A stretch of 64,000 nucleotides of DNA from Eledone cirrhosa (lineage: Eukaryota), in assembly GCA_964016885.1 (NCBI GenBank), contig OZ024743.1, positions 336,722,001 to 336,786,000 of the forward strand, written 5' to 3'. A model generated the notes under the pieces. It was not told the DNA's origin. It ran no database searches and was given only the letters and a program-made list of their open reading frames with translations. This document shows positions 41,162-53,304 of this stretch, piece after piece (within the stretch, counting starts at the first letter, position 1; every line of letters begins with the position of its first letter). Made by a program: the position numbers and the translations under genes.

Positions 41162-44100
41162 TTACAGATATATACTCAGAGTCGGCCCATTCACTCGGGC
41201 CATTCTTGCTTCTCTCACCCATCTTTCAACAAAATGCTGGGAAGAGAGCACTTCCCTCTCTACTCTGATTTTCCTTTTCAAATGAAATTTGAAAAAGTCA
41301 ATCAGAGCATCACCGAAGAGGTAAGTGCTCGTCTTCAGCCCTTTCAAACGTGTCCACCATACTATCTCTTTCGCCATGGCCACCAGACAGATAAAAACTG
41401 CCTGCCCTTCCCGGCTAAAGGAGGAGGGCGGGGCAATCCTCACGATGGACTCGGATGATAGCTGGATCCGTCCTAAACGCGACAGCAGGTGTTCGACATA
41501 AACCCACAAGTCAGCAATTTTCGGACACTGGACGAGTGCGTGCAGGACGGTTTCGTCGCCCTGCGCGCATCTCGGACATGCCCGGCTGACGGCACCTCCA
41601 TGCCTGTAGAGTTTATCCCGAACTGGCAAGGCTCCTCGGTAGCACTGCCAGGCCAGAGATTTCTGGAAGTTGTCCATAGGCCCTGGCCCGAAAGTTCTTC
41701 CGAAGAGATTGGCTAGTTGATTTTCGTCGACGCCTAGAGTTTCCCCAAGTACGTCGTCGCTCTTCCCCTCCACTAATCCTCTATAGAACGCCGAGGTGGA
41801 GTTTCCACCGATCACATTGCCCGATTGGTCGAGGGCTGTGAGCGCCTGAAGACATTCCAGTTTCCAGGCGCTCCCTCTCGGTCTTCGCTTGACCCAGGAC
41901 TGCAGCTCCGTCAAGGAAACGAGCTGGGGAAAAACGCGTCTAGCAAACGGCGACCACACCTGATCACCGTCGAGGAAGAGGTGGAGATGTCGTAGCCTGA
42001 GCGCGTGCCTGCGCATCATCAGCCACGGCATGCCCAGCCCTCCACGTAGCGGGTGTTGACAACAGATGGACCGCCTGACCATCGGAGCACGTCCCTTCCA
42101 CAAAAAGCGAAAGAGCAAACGCTCCAGCGCAGTCAGGCGAGGCTTAGGACAAGGTACGACGGTTAGGCGGTAGCAGATGACAGACGCGATGTACGCGTTA
42201 GCCACCTCCGCTCGACCTTTCAGGGATAGCTTCCTCTCCGCCCATTTCTGGGTGAGAGAAGCCACCCTGCTCGTCACCTCGTCCCAGTTTTTGTCCGTCT
42301 GGAGGTCCGGACCGAACCAGACCCCTAGCAATTTAACCGGTCCGTCCGTCCAGCGCCCGACGACGCTGTTGGACGGCATGGACCTGCCTCTCCAGGTGCC
42401 GAGCTGCAGGCCCACTGACTTTTCCTGGTTGATCATTGCTCCTGTCACCGCTTCGTATTCTCTTAGTGTAGTGCCGATCGCCTCGATGTGTTTGGCGTTC
42501 GACACCACTACGGTGACATCGTCCGCATATGCTGACACGGATCTTCCGCATCCTAGTTCGCGCGGGACTCCCCTCAACGTCTCCAGTTTGTGCAGTAATG
42601 GCTCGAGAGTCAATACGTACAAGAGGGACGAGAGGGGACATCCTTGGCGGACCGAGCGCATGATGTTGAACGGTTCCGACAGGTGACCGTTCACTCTCAC
42701 CACAGAGCAGATGTCGCTGTGCATGGCAGCGATCCAGCCTCTGAAGACGGGCCCAAAGCCAGCCGCCCTCAGGACTGCCGCTAGGTAACGATGGTCGACC
42801 CTATCGAAAGCTTTCGACTGATCTAAATTGATCAAGGACCCACCCGTGCCAGGTTCCCTAGCTACCCTCTCTACGATGTATCGCATGAGGTGGAGGTTGT
42901 CGTGGATGGATCTGTCGGGAATGGCGCATGTCTGCGCCTCTCCCACCAGACCACCAACGACAAGCGCCAACCTCTTTGCTAGCACCTTGGCCAAAATCTT
43001 AAACTCTGTGTTTAGCAGAGTTATGGGCCGGAAATTGTCTATGTTATCCCCCTTGTTCGGATCCTTTCTCAGCAGTGCCACCGCTCCTCGGCTCACAGAA
43101 CTGGGAATTCTCCTGTTCTGTTGCCAGTTGCAGTAGACGTCCGCCAAGAGGCCTCCGAACAAGTCTGGCATCTGTACGTAAAGTTCATAGGGCAGACCAT
43201 CCAAACCAGGCGATTTACCCCTTGTGCAGCCAGTCATTGCCTCCCGTACTTCAGCGGCTGTTATCGGCTTTTCGCAACACTTCGCCTCAGTGGCCGAGAG
43301 CCGCGGCAGTCCGTCGAGGTAGACACTAAAGTCCATCCCTCTACTCGCCCCCCCCGCTGCCCCCGAACAGCTGAGCGAAGTGTCGCTGAAAAGCTTCACA
43401 CATTTGCCCGGGATCGAGTAGCATGCGCCCGTCGTGGTCCACCAAAGACCGGATCGTGGCTTTGTTGCCACGACGCGCCTCCGCCACTCGGGCCCATTGA
43501 ACGGCTTTCGTCCCCTCGTGTCTGAGAGCACGCACCCTAGCTCTGACAACGCAGCCTTCGTGCTTTGCATTGAAGAATTGGTCAAGGGCCAATTTCGCCG
43601 CAAGCACGTCGGTCGCAATGCCTTTGCTAAGCGCCTCGTCTAATTTTCTAACTAGTTCTCCCTCTGCTCTATTTTTCTCTATTGCTAAAGCCTTACTAAA
43701 CCTAATCGATTCTATTCTAATCGCTCTTTTCAGAGCAAACCACCACTTGTTGTTGACGATGGCCCCCGTCAACGCCCGCTTAACTAGTTCGCTAATCCGG
43801 TCTGTGTAGGCCTTGCGCGCTGGTAAGGACGCGTTTAGCTTCCAGTAGCCGGGTCCTCGTCTATGAAGCCTATCTAAGTCAAGCACACAGGTCACGAATT
43901 TGTGGTCCGTGTAGCTGACTATCTTGAATTGTGGACAGCCTATGCTAGACATATCTATTTCCCTACAAAATACTCTATCTAGATATGATGTGGATGACCC
44001 TATGCGGTTTGTCCAAGTCCACATTGGCACATTCGGGAAATCCAATCGGTACCTGTCAGACAGTTCAAAACGCCTGAGCAGGTTGGTGAGGCTCTTGCAC

Positions 44101-44582
44101 CCTCCACCCCTATCCGCTAATCCCACACAGTCCCAGCGTGCATCTAAGATCCCGTTCCAGTCGCCCACTAACACTAAAGAGCGGGACGTTCCAAGAAAGG
44201 TCTCCAGACGCCGGAAGAAATCAGGCCGCCCTGCTCCTGTCGGGGCATAGACGGCCACTAGCCTGAAAGCTTGCCCGTCTCCGCTGGTCACGTCCAGCAC
44301 CACCAGCTTACCCTCTGGGTCCAGGAAGATGGCCCGTATGGCGAGATCCAAACCTCTCCGAAAAAGCACAGCAACTCCTCCACCCGATCCAGGACGGCTG
44401 GGAGATGCGTACACATCGTAGCCGCCGAAGATCGGTGCGAAGGCCCGTGCTTCGGAGATTCTGGTCTCGCTGATGGCCACTACATCTATGTTTAGTGACC
44501 TGAGGTCGTTGAGCAGGTGACCCTGCTTCCATGACGACCCCAAGCCACGCGCATTTATGCTGCCTATTCTGAGTGAGGTCAT
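41162..44582 (-). pseudogene. ORF2 copy 2, +1 frameshift in a homopolymer (real or sequencing error)
   Basis: Split ORFs 43341..44582 and 41162..43618. Confidence 0.85.
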
Positions 44583-44617
44583 GTTTAAAATAGAGTGGAA
44601 AAGATGGGAAAGACCAC

Positions 44618-46714
44618 TTACCGTACTTTTGGTAGAGGAGGGATGGTTTTTACATCCCTTTTCACTTGATCGTCTGGTGAAGGGACCGTTGAATCGTCCC
44701 TTCGGCTGGTCGTCGGCTCTTCTAAGAGAATGTCTGAATATACTCTTCGATTAATGGTTCCTCCTAGGTCCCTGAAATCACCAACTGCGTTGGGGAATTT
44801 CGTTTTAATGTTTGTGTATTGTTTCTGTGCTATTTTTAGCAGTCTTATGTTAGTTGGCGTTTTGATTGGTGCTGGTATTATGTAGTCCTGTTGTGAAATG
44901 TCTGTGTGTTCAATTATGTAAGTCATTAGTTTCTTGTTGTGTGTGTTTATTGCCGTGCATTTGTTTTTCTGGGGGTGGGGTGCGGTTCTGCTATTTTCTT
45001 GTCGTTGTTGCTGGGTGTGTGTGTTTTGTTGTTGTGTTTGCGATGTTGGTGCTTGTGGTGGTGGTGTTGAAGGTGTTGTTGGCGGTGGGGTTGTCGCCGG
45101 TGGTGATGGTGGTGCTGGTGTGGGTGGTGATGGTGTTGGTGGTGTTGCTGCTGTGGGTCTCTTTGCAGTAGACTTTACCCTTTTCTCATTTCTTTCCTCC
45201 CTTTTCAAAGGCGACGATGCGCTGCTTCTGCGTTTGTGCCTTCTTGCGACCTTTTGCCATCCCTCTCCCACCTCACACTCCATGTCTGATTCTGTAAGGT
45301 CGGGGAGGGGTACCAGCTCCACTCTTTCACTTGTTGTTGTTGGTGATGTTTGCACTGGAGTCTCTGTTGCAGCTGCATTTGGTATTGCTGTTGTTGTTGT
45401 TAATATTTCCACTGCTGCTGCTGTCTTTGATTTCCGTGGAGTGGGTATGGGTGCCACGGACCTATCGTTCCTGGTTGCCGCTTGTCCTGTTGCTGGTAGC
45501 CGTGGAGCCGGATTCGGAAGGAGGGGGGTTTTCTCCTTTCTCAGGGTCTTCTCGTTGCAGAAGGCCCTGAGGTGAGTCTTCGATCCACAGCGAAAGCATT
45601 TCGGGCGTTTGCCCTCAACACTTATGGGCAGTTGAGTGCCGTTATCGAAGTCTATCACATCCGGGATAGCTTCGATGCACTCCTGGTTGGTTTGGATTAG
45701 CATCTCAATGGAGGAGCCGACCCAATCTTCTCTTACTTTTTTCTGTACTTGCAGTACAGTTGTTTTGTCCTCGATTCCGACGAGGACAGACGCGGCCAGC
45801 CAAGAAGGGGTCATTCCGGGGGGGACGTGGGTCAGTTTGACCCTCACAATTTTTTGCCCACAGTAGGAGGGCACCAACACCATTTCCTCGCTCCTTAGGG
45901 TCACTACTGATTGGGCCTTTGCCTCCTGGGGTGTGGCAAAAAGTACGTCTACGGTGGCATATTTTTTGCCTCGGGTGATGTGCGTTTTCCGCTGCCACAC
46001 AGACCCCAAGGCTTTTTGTATTTGGGCCTCTGTGGCTCTTTCCACCCTACGGGATTTTGTACTTACTGTACGGTACGTGACCGTACAGTGCTCTTGGGTT
46101 TCGAAAAAATTTTTCGCTGCCTTGCAGATTGCTCGGTGTCCGTTCTTTGTCACCATCTTCTTCGCTTCCTCTAATTCCTCATTTGTTATGAGGATTGTTT
46201 CCAAGTTTTTCGCAATACCTGCAAATGAGATTGGTTTTTCTCTGCTGTTGTTGTTGTCGTCAGAGCTGCTGGTACTTTTGTTGTTGCTGCAGGTACTACG
46301 ACTACTGCCTCCGCCGCTGTTGCTGTGGTTGTTGTTGGTGTTGCTGCTGCTAATGCTGTTGTTGTTTATGCTGCTGGTGATGCTGTTGCGGCTGCTACTG
46401 TTGTTTTCATTGTCACTGTTGCTGTTGTTATTACGGCTGCTACTGCTATTATTCCTGACGTCAGACGAATGAACTGGGTTTTCGTATTTCCCGCACACCT
46501 GTTTCGTCGCTGTCGTCGTCGTCGTGGAGAAACCTTGCACGCTTTGCACGAGACTTTTCTTTTCTTTCGTCACTTGCGAAAGAGAAGGGAGGGAGAGAGA
46601 CACATTTAAAGAAGGGAGGGAGAGAGACAATCTTCTCTCTGCTGTAGTGATGATTGAGGAAGAAGAAGACGGAATGAGTGGGAGTGACGTATGAAATTTC
46701 TTTTTCGTAGCCAT
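44618..46714 (-). CDS. ORF1 copy 2
   Basis: Same translation as copy 1. Confidence 0.9.
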   Translation of the reverse strand: MATKKKFHTSLPLIPSSSSSIITTAERRLSLSLPSLNVSLSLPSLSQVTKEKKSLVQSVQGFSTTTTTATKQVCGKYENPVHSSDVRNNSSSSRNNNSNSDNENNSSSRNSITSSINNNSISSSNTNNNHSNSGGGSSRSTCSNNKSTSSSDDNNNSREKPISFAGIAKNLETILITNEELEEAKKMVTKNGHRAICKAAKNFFETQEHCTVTYRTVSTKSRRVERATEAQIQKALGSVWQRKTHITRGKKYATVDVLFATPQEAKAQSVVTLRSEEMVLVPSYCGQKIVRVKLTHVPPGMTPSWLAASVLVGIEDKTTVLQVQKKVREDWVGSSIEMLIQTNQECIEAIPDVIDFDNGTQLPISVEGKRPKCFRCGSKTHLRAFCNEKTLRKEKTPLLPNPAPRLPATGQAATRNDRSVAPIPTPRKSKTAAAVEILTTTTAIPNAAATETPVQTSPTTTSERVELVPLPDLTESDMECEVGEGWQKVARRHKRRSSASSPLKREERNEKRVKSTAKRPTAATPPTPSPPTPAPPSPPATTPPPTTPSTPPPQAPTSQTQQQNTHTQQQRQENSRTAPHPQKNKCTAINTHNKKLMTYIIEHTDISQQDYIIPAPIKTPTNIRLLKIAQKQYTNIKTKFPNAVGDFRDLGGTINRRVYSDILLEEPTTSRRDDSTVPSPDDQVKRDVKTIPPLPKVR

Positions 46715-46929
46715 GTTGTTTTTTGTTTAAAATGAAATTTTGGGTACAAAACCCCAATAACTGATTATTTAACCCCGAAGGGCCAAATAACGGACAGAAA
46801 GACCCCTCTCACGAGGAGGAGGGTGTCTTTATCAACAATTTGGTTCAAGTTTTAAACAATTTACAATTGTTTTAACGGTTAAAAATTACTATACCTTACA
46901 GAGCCGAGCCTCCGTCAACCATGGCATTC

Positions 46930-46985
<56 letters not shown>

Positions 46986-47247
46986 TTTCTTTATTAACCA
47001 CAAGGGTTTACATAAAGTAGACATTAAGGACAGTGCAGGACAATGCAGGACGGTACAAATGGGCATTTCTGCGTGTAAAAAAAACAAAAACAGAGGATGT
47101 AACAAAAATAACAATGAAAATAACAATGAAAAAATTCCCCAATAGGGGGGAGACTTCGGAGGGACATTTGTGGAGAAAGCCCAGTAAAAAGCCACAATGA
47201 CCCTGACCACCAAGGCAAGTGCCCTCTCCCAGTTTTCCACCTTTAGT

Positions 47248-50200
47248 TTACAGATATATACTCAGAGTCGGCCCATTCACTCGGGCCATTCTTGCTTCTC
47301 TCACCCATCTTTCAACAAAATGCTGGGAAGAGAGCACTTCCTTCTCTACTCTGATTTTCCTTTTCAAATGAAATTTGAAAAAGTCAATCAGAGCATCACC
47401 GAAGAGGTAAGTGCTCGTCTTCAGCCCTTTCAAACGTGTCCACCATACTATCTCTTTCGCCATGGCCACCAGACAGATAAAAACTGCCTGCCCTTCCCGG
47501 CTAAAGGAGGAGGGCGGGGCAATCCTCACGATAGACTCAGATGATAGCTGGATCCGTCCTAAACGCGACAGCAGGTGTTCGACATAAACCCACAAGTCAG
47601 CAATTTTCGGACACTGGACGAGTGCGTGCAGGACGGTTTCGTCGCCCTGCGCGCATCTCGGACATGCCCGGCTGACGGCACCTCCATGCCTGTAGAGTTT
47701 ATCCCGAACTGGCAAGGCTCCTCGGTAGCACTGCCAGGCCAGAGATTTCTGGAAGTTGTCCATAGGCCCTGGCCCGAAAGTTCTTCCGAAGAGATTGGCT
47801 AGTTGATTTTCGTCGACGCCTAGAGTTTCCCCAAGTACGTCGTCGCTCTTCCCCTCCACTAATCCTCTATAGAACGCCGAGGTGGAGTTTCCACCGATCA
47901 CATTGCCCGATTGGTCGAGGGCTGTGAGCGCCTGAAGACATTCCAGTCTCCAGGCGCTCCCTCTCGGTCTTCGCTTGACCCAGGACTGCAGCTCCGTCAA
48001 GGAAACGAGCTGGGGAAAAACGCGTCTAGCAAACGGCGACCACACCTGATCACCGTCGAGGAAGAGGTGGAGATGTCGTAGCCTGAGCGCGTGCCTGCGC
48101 ATCATCAGCCACGGCATGCCCAGCCCTCCACGTAGCGGGTGTTGACAACAGATGGACCGCCTGACCATCGGAGCACGTCCCTTCCACAAAAAGCGAAAGA
48201 GCAAACGCTCCAGCGCAGTCAGGCGAGGCTTAGGACAAGGTACGACGGTTAGGCGGTAGCAGATGACAGACGCGATGTACGCGTTAGCCACCTCCGCTCG
48301 ACCTTTCAGGGATAGCTTCCTCTCCGCCCATTTCTGGGTGAGAGAAGCCACCCTGCTCGTCACCTCGTCCCAGTTTTTGTCCGTCTGGAGGTCCGGACCG
48401 AACCAGACCCCTAGCAATTTAACCGGTCCGTCCGTCCAGCGCCCGACGACGCTGTTGGACGGCATGGACCTGCCTCTCCAGGTGCCGAGCTGCAGGCCCA
48501 CTGACTTTTCCTGGTTGATCATTGCTCCTGTCACCGCTTCGTATTCTCTTAGTGTAGTGCCGATCGCCTCGATGTGTTTGGCGTTCGACACCACTACGGT
48601 GACATCGTCCGCATATGCTGACACGGATCTTCCGCATCCTAGTTCGCGCGGGACTCCCCTCAACGTCTCCAGTTTGTGCAGTAATGGCTCGAGAGTCAAT
48701 ACGTACAAGAGGGACGAGAGGGGACATCCTTGGCGGACCGAGCGCATGATGTTGAACGGTTCCGACAGGTGACCGTTCACTCTCACCACAGAGCAGATGT
48801 CGCTGTGCATGGCAGCGATCCAGCCTCTGAAGACGGGCCCAAAGCCAGCCGCCCTCAGGACTGCCGCTAGGTAACGATGGTCGACCCTATCGAAAGCTTT
48901 CGACTGATCTAAATTGATCAAGGACCCACCCGTGCCAGGTTCCCTAGCTACCCTCTCTACGATGTATCGCATGAGGTGGAGGTTGTCGTGGATGGATCTG
49001 TCGGGAATGGCGCATGTCTGCGCCTCTCCCACCAGACCACCAACGACAAGCGCCAACCTCTTTGCTAGCACCTTGGCCAAAATCTTAAACTCTGTGTTTA
49101 GCAGAGTTATGGGCCGGAAATTGTCTATGTTATCCCCCTTGTTCGGATCCTTTCTCAGCAGTGCCACCGCTCCTCGGCTCACAGAACTGGGAATTCTCCC
49201 GTTCTGTTGCCAGTTGCAGTAGACGTCCGCCAAGAGGCCTCCGAACAAGTCTGGCATCTGTACGTAAAGTTCATAGGGCAGACCATCCAAACCAGGCGAT
49301 TTACCCCTTGTGCAGCCAGTCATTGCCTCCCGTACTTCAGCGGCTGTTATCGGCTTTTCGCAACACCTCGCCTCAGTGGCCGAGAGCCGCGGCAGCCCGT
49401 CGAGGTAGACACTAAAGTCCATCCCTCTACCCGGCCCCCCGCTGCCCCCGAACAGCTGAGCGAAGTGTCGCTGAAAAGCTTCACACATTTGCCCGGGATC
49501 GAGTAGCATGCGCCCGTCGTGGTCCACCAAAGACCGGATCGTGGCTTTGTTGCCACGACGCGCCTCCGCCACTCGGGCCCATTGAACGGCTTTCGTCCCC
49601 TCGTGTCTGAGAGCACGCACCCTAGCTCTGACAACGCAGCCTTCGTGCTTTGCATTGAAGAATTGGTCAAGGGCCAATTTCGCCGCAAGCACGTCGGTCG
49701 CAATGCCTTTGCTAAGCGCCTCGTCTAATTTTCTAACTAGTTCTCCCTCTGCTCTATTTTTCTCTATTGCTAAAGCCTTACTAAACCTAATCGATTCTAT
49801 TCTAATCGCTCTTTTCAGAGCAAACCACCACTTGTTGTTGACGATGGCCCCCGTCAACGCCCGCTTAACTAGTTCGCTAATCCGGTCTCTGTAGGCCTTG
49901 CGCGCTGGTAAGGACGCGTTTAGCTTCCAGTAGCCGGGTCCTCGTCTATGAAGCCTATCTAAGTCAAGCACACAGGTCACGAATTTGTGGTCCGTGTAGC
50001 TGACTATCTTGAATTGTGGACAGCCTATGCTAGACCTATCTATTTCCCTACAAAATACTCTATCTAGATATGATCTGGATGACCCTATGCGGTTTGTCCA
50101 AGTCCACATTGGCACATTCGGGAAATCCAATCGGTACCTGTCAGACAGTTCAAAACGCCTGAGCAGGTTGGTGAGGCTCTTGCACCCTCCACCCCTATCC

Positions 50201-50667
50201 GCTAATCCCACACAGTCCCAGCGTGCATCTAAGATCCCGTTCCAGTCGCCCACTAACACTAAAGAGCGGGACGTTCCAAGAAAGGTCTCCAGACGCCGGA
50301 AGAAATCAGGCCGCCCTGCTCCTGTCGGGGCATAGACGGCCACTAGCCTGAAAGCTTGCCCGTCTCCGCTGGTCACGTCCAGCACCACCAGCTTACCCTC
50401 TGGGTCCAGGAAGATGGCCCGTATGGCGAGATCCAAACCTCTCCGAAAAAGTACAGCAACTCCTCCACCGGATCCAGGACGGCTGGGAGATGCGTACACA
50501 TCGTAGCCGCCGAAGATCGGTGCGAAGGCCCGTGCTTCGGAGATTCTGGTCTCGCTGATGGCCACTACATCTATGTTTAGTGACCTGAGGTCGTTGAGCA
50601 GGTGACCCTGCTTCCATGACGACCCCAAGCCACGCGCATTTATGCTGCCTATTCTGAGTGAGGTCAT
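47248..50667 (-). CDS. ORF2 copy 3 (intact)
   Basis: 1139 aa APE-RT. Confidence 0.97.
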   Translation of the reverse strand: MTSLRIGSINARGLGSSWKQGHLLNDLRSLNIDVVAISETRISEARAFAPIFGGYDVYASPSRPGSGGGVAVLFRRGLDLAIRAIFLDPEGKLVVLDVTSGDGQAFRLVAVYAPTGAGRPDFFRRLETFLGTSRSLVLVGDWNGILDARWDCVGLADRGGGCKSLTNLLRRFELSDRYRLDFPNVPMWTWTNRIGSSRSYLDRVFCREIDRSSIGCPQFKIVSYTDHKFVTCVLDLDRLHRRGPGYWKLNASLPARKAYRDRISELVKRALTGAIVNNKWWFALKRAIRIESIRFSKALAIEKNRAEGELVRKLDEALSKGIATDVLAAKLALDQFFNAKHEGCVVRARVRALRHEGTKAVQWARVAEARRGNKATIRSLVDHDGRMLLDPGQMCEAFQRHFAQLFGGSGGPGRGMDFSVYLDGLPRLSATEARCCEKPITAAEVREAMTGCTRGKSPGLDGLPYELYVQMPDLFGGLLADVYCNWQQNGRIPSSVSRGAVALLRKDPNKGDNIDNFRPITLLNTEFKILAKVLAKRLALVVGGLVGEAQTCAIPDRSIHDNLHLMRYIVERVAREPGTGGSLINLDQSKAFDRVDHRYLAAVLRAAGFGPVFRGWIAAMHSDICSVVRVNGHLSEPFNIMRSVRQGCPLSSLLYVLTLEPLLHKLETLRGVPRELGCGRSVSAYADDVTVVVSNAKHIEAIGTTLREYEAVTGAMINQEKSVGLQLGTWRGRSMPSNSVVGRWTDGPVKLLGVWFGPDLQTDKNWDEVTSRVASLTQKWAERKLSLKGRAEVANAYIASVICYRLTVVPCPKPRLTALERLLFRFLWKGRAPMVRRSICCQHPLRGGLGMPWLMMRRHALRLRHLHLFLDGDQVWSPFARRVFPQLVSLTELQSWVKRRPRGSAWRLECLQALTALDQSGNVIGGNSTSAFYRGLVEGKSDDVLGETLGVDENQLANLFGRTFGPGPMDNFQKSLAWQCYRGALPVRDKLYRHGGAVSRACPRCAQGDETVLHALVQCPKIADLWVYVEHLLSRLGRIQLSSESIVRIAPPSSFSREGQAVFICLVAMAKEIVWWTRLKGLKTSTYLFGDALIDFFKFHLKRKIRVEKEVLSSQHFVERWVREARMARVNGPTLSIYL

Positions 50668-50702
50668 GTTTAAAATAGAGTGGAAAAGATGGGAAAGACC
50701 AC

Positions 50703-52799
50703 TTACCGTATTTTTGGTAGAGGAGGGATGGTTTTTACATCCCTTTTCACTTGATCGTCTGGTGAAGGGACCGTTGAATCGTCCCTTCGGCTGGTCGTCG
50801 GCTCTTCTAAGAGAATGTCTGAATATACTCTTCGATTAATGGTTCCTCCTAGGTCCCTGAAATCACCAACTGCGTTGGGGAATTTCGTTTTAATGTTTGT
50901 GTATTGTTTCTGTGCTATTTTTAGCAGTCTTATGTTAGTTGGCGTTTTGATTGGTGCTGGTATTATGTAGTCCTGTTGTGAAATGTCTGTGTGTTCAATT
51001 ATGTAAGTCATTAGTTTCTTGTTGTGTGTGTTTATTGCCGTGCATTTGTTTTTCTGGGGGTGGGGTGTGGTTCTGCTATTTTCTTGTCGTTGTTGCTGGG
51101 TGTGTGTGTTTTGTTGTTGTGTTTGCGATGTTGGTGCTTGTGGTGGTGGTGTTGAAGGTGTTGTTGGCGGTGGGGTTGTCGCCGGTGGTGATGGTGGTGC
51201 TGGTGTGGGTGGTGATGGTGTTGGTGGTGTTGCTGCTGTGGGTCTCTTTGCAGTAGACTTTACCCTTTTCTCATTTCTTTCCTCCCTTTTCAAAGGCGAC
51301 GATGCGCTGCTTCTGCGTTTGTGCCTTCTTGAGACCTTTTGCCATCCCTCTCCCACCTCACACTCCATGTCTGATTCTGTAAGGTCGGGGAGGGGTACCA
51401 GCTCCACTCTTTCACTTGTTGTTGTTGGTGATGTTTGCACTGGAGTCTCTGTTGCAGCTGCATTTGGTATTGCTGTTGTTGTTGTTAATATTTCCACTGC
51501 TGCTGCTGTCTTTGATTTCCGTGGAGTGGGTATGGGTGCCACGGACCTATCGTTCCTGGTTGCCGCTTGTCCTGTTGCTGGTAGCCGTGGAACCGGATTC
51601 GGGAGGAGGGGGGTTTTCTCCTTTCTCAGGGTCTTCTCGTTGCAGAAGGCCCTGAGGTGAGTCTTCGATCCACAGCGAAAGCATTTCGGGCGTTTGCCCT
51701 CAACACTTATGGGCAGTTGAGTGCCGTTATCGAAGTCTATCACATCCGGGATAGCTTCGATGCACTCCTGGTTGGTTTGGATTAGCATCTCAATGGAGGA
51801 GCCGACCCAATCTTCTCTTACTTTTTTCTGTACTTGCAGTACAGTTGTTTTGTCCTCGATTCCGACGAGGACAGACGCGGCCAGCCAAGAAGGGGTCATT
51901 CCGGGGGGGACGTGGGTCAGTTTGACCCTCACAATTTTTTGCCCGCAGTAGGAGGGCACCAACACCATTTCCTCGCTCCTTAGGGTCACTACTGATTGGG
52001 CCTTTGCCTCCTGGGGTGTGGCAAAAAGTACGTCTACGGTGGCGTATTTTTTGCCTCGGGTGATGTGCGTTTTCCTCTGCCACACAGACCCCAAGGCTTT
52101 TTGTATTTGGGCCTCTGTGGCTCTTTCCACCCTACGGGATTTTGTACTTACTGTACGGTACGTGACCGTACAGTGCTCTTGGGTTTCGAAAAAATTTTTC
52201 GCTGCCTTGCAGATTGCTCGGTGTCCGTTCTTTGTCACCATCTTCTTCGCTTCCTCTAATTCCTCATTTGTTATGAGGATTGTTTCCAGGTTTTTCGCAA
52301 TACCTGCAAATGAGATTGGTTTTTCTCTGCTGTTGTTGTTGTCGTCAGAGCTGCTGGTACTTTTGTTGTTGCTGCAGGTACTACGACTACTGCCTCCGCC
52401 GCTGTTGCTGTGGTTGTTGTTGGTGTTGCTGCTGCTAATGCTGTTGTTGTTTATGCTGCTGGTGATGCTGTTGCGGCTGCTACTGTTGTTTTCATTGTCA
52501 CTGTTGCTGTTGTTATTACGGCTGCTACTGCTATTATTCCTGACGTCAGACGAATGAACTGGGTTTTCGTATTTCCCGCACACCTGTTTCGTCGCTGTCG
52601 TCGTCGTCGTGGAGAAACCTTGCACGCTTTGCACGAGACTTTTCTTTTCTTTCGTCGCTTGCGAAAGAGAAGGGAGGGAGAGAGACACATTTAAAGAAGG
52701 GAGGGAGAGAGACAATCTTCTCTCTGCTGTAGTGATGATTGAGGAAGAAGAAGACGGAATGAGTGGGAGTGACGTATGAAATTTCTTTTTGGTAGCCAT
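50703..52799 (-). CDS. ORF1 copy 3
   Basis: MATKKKF start by analogy with copies 1/2 (ORF track extends to a non-ATG start at 52832). Confidence 0.88.
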   Translation of the reverse strand: MATKKKFHTSLPLIPSSSSSIITTAERRLSLSLPSLNVSLSLPSLSQATKEKKSLVQSVQGFSTTTTTATKQVCGKYENPVHSSDVRNNSSSSRNNNSNSDNENNSSSRNSITSSINNNSISSSNTNNNHSNSGGGSSRSTCSNNKSTSSSDDNNNSREKPISFAGIAKNLETILITNEELEEAKKMVTKNGHRAICKAAKNFFETQEHCTVTYRTVSTKSRRVERATEAQIQKALGSVWQRKTHITRGKKYATVDVLFATPQEAKAQSVVTLRSEEMVLVPSYCGQKIVRVKLTHVPPGMTPSWLAASVLVGIEDKTTVLQVQKKVREDWVGSSIEMLIQTNQECIEAIPDVIDFDNGTQLPISVEGKRPKCFRCGSKTHLRAFCNEKTLRKEKTPLLPNPVPRLPATGQAATRNDRSVAPIPTPRKSKTAAAVEILTTTTAIPNAAATETPVQTSPTTTSERVELVPLPDLTESDMECEVGEGWQKVSRRHKRRSSASSPLKREERNEKRVKSTAKRPTAATPPTPSPPTPAPPSPPATTPPPTTPSTPPPQAPTSQTQQQNTHTQQQRQENSRTTPHPQKNKCTAINTHNKKLMTYIIEHTDISQQDYIIPAPIKTPTNIRLLKIAQKQYTNIKTKFPNAVGDFRDLGGTINRRVYSDILLEEPTTSRRDDSTVPSPDDQVKRDVKTIPPLPKIR

Positions 52800-53012
52800 G
52801 TTTTTTTGTTTAAAATGAAATTTTGGGTACAAAACCCCAATAACTGGTTATTTAACCCCGAAGGGCCAAATAACGGACAGAAAGACCCCTCTCACGAGGA
52901 GGAGGGTGTCTTTATCAACAATTTGGTTCAAGTTTTAAACAATTTACAATTGTTTTAACGGTTAAAAATTACTATACCTTACAGAGCCGAGCCTCCGTCA
53001 ACCATGGCATTC

Positions 53013-53044
<32 letters not shown>

Positions 53045-53304
53045 TTTCTTTATTAACCACAAGGGTTTACATAAAGTAGACATTAAGGACAGTGCAGGAC
53101 AATGCAGGACGGTACAAATGGGCATTTCTGCGTGTAAAAAAACAAAAACAGAGGATGTAACAAAAATAACAATGAAAATAACAATGAAAAATTCCCCAAT
53201 AGGGGGGAGACTTCGGAGGGACATTTGTGGAGAAAGCCCAGTAAAAAGCCACAATGACCCTGACCACCAAGGCAAGTGCCCTCTCCCAGTTTTCCACCTT
53301 TAGT

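Larger units (their letters stand above)
40900..46929 (-). mobile_element. Full-length Tx1-like element, copy 2 (ORF2 frameshifted)
   Basis: Near-identical to copy 1; extra C in the C-run at ~43350. Confidence 0.95.
46984..53012 (-). mobile_element. Full-length Tx1-like element, copy 3
   Basis: Same ends, intact ORFs. Confidence 0.95.

Noticed and set aside
43341-43618. Programmed frameshift in Tx1 ORF2 copy 2
   Set aside because: Single extra base in a homopolymer, absent from the other three copies; mutation or sequencing error
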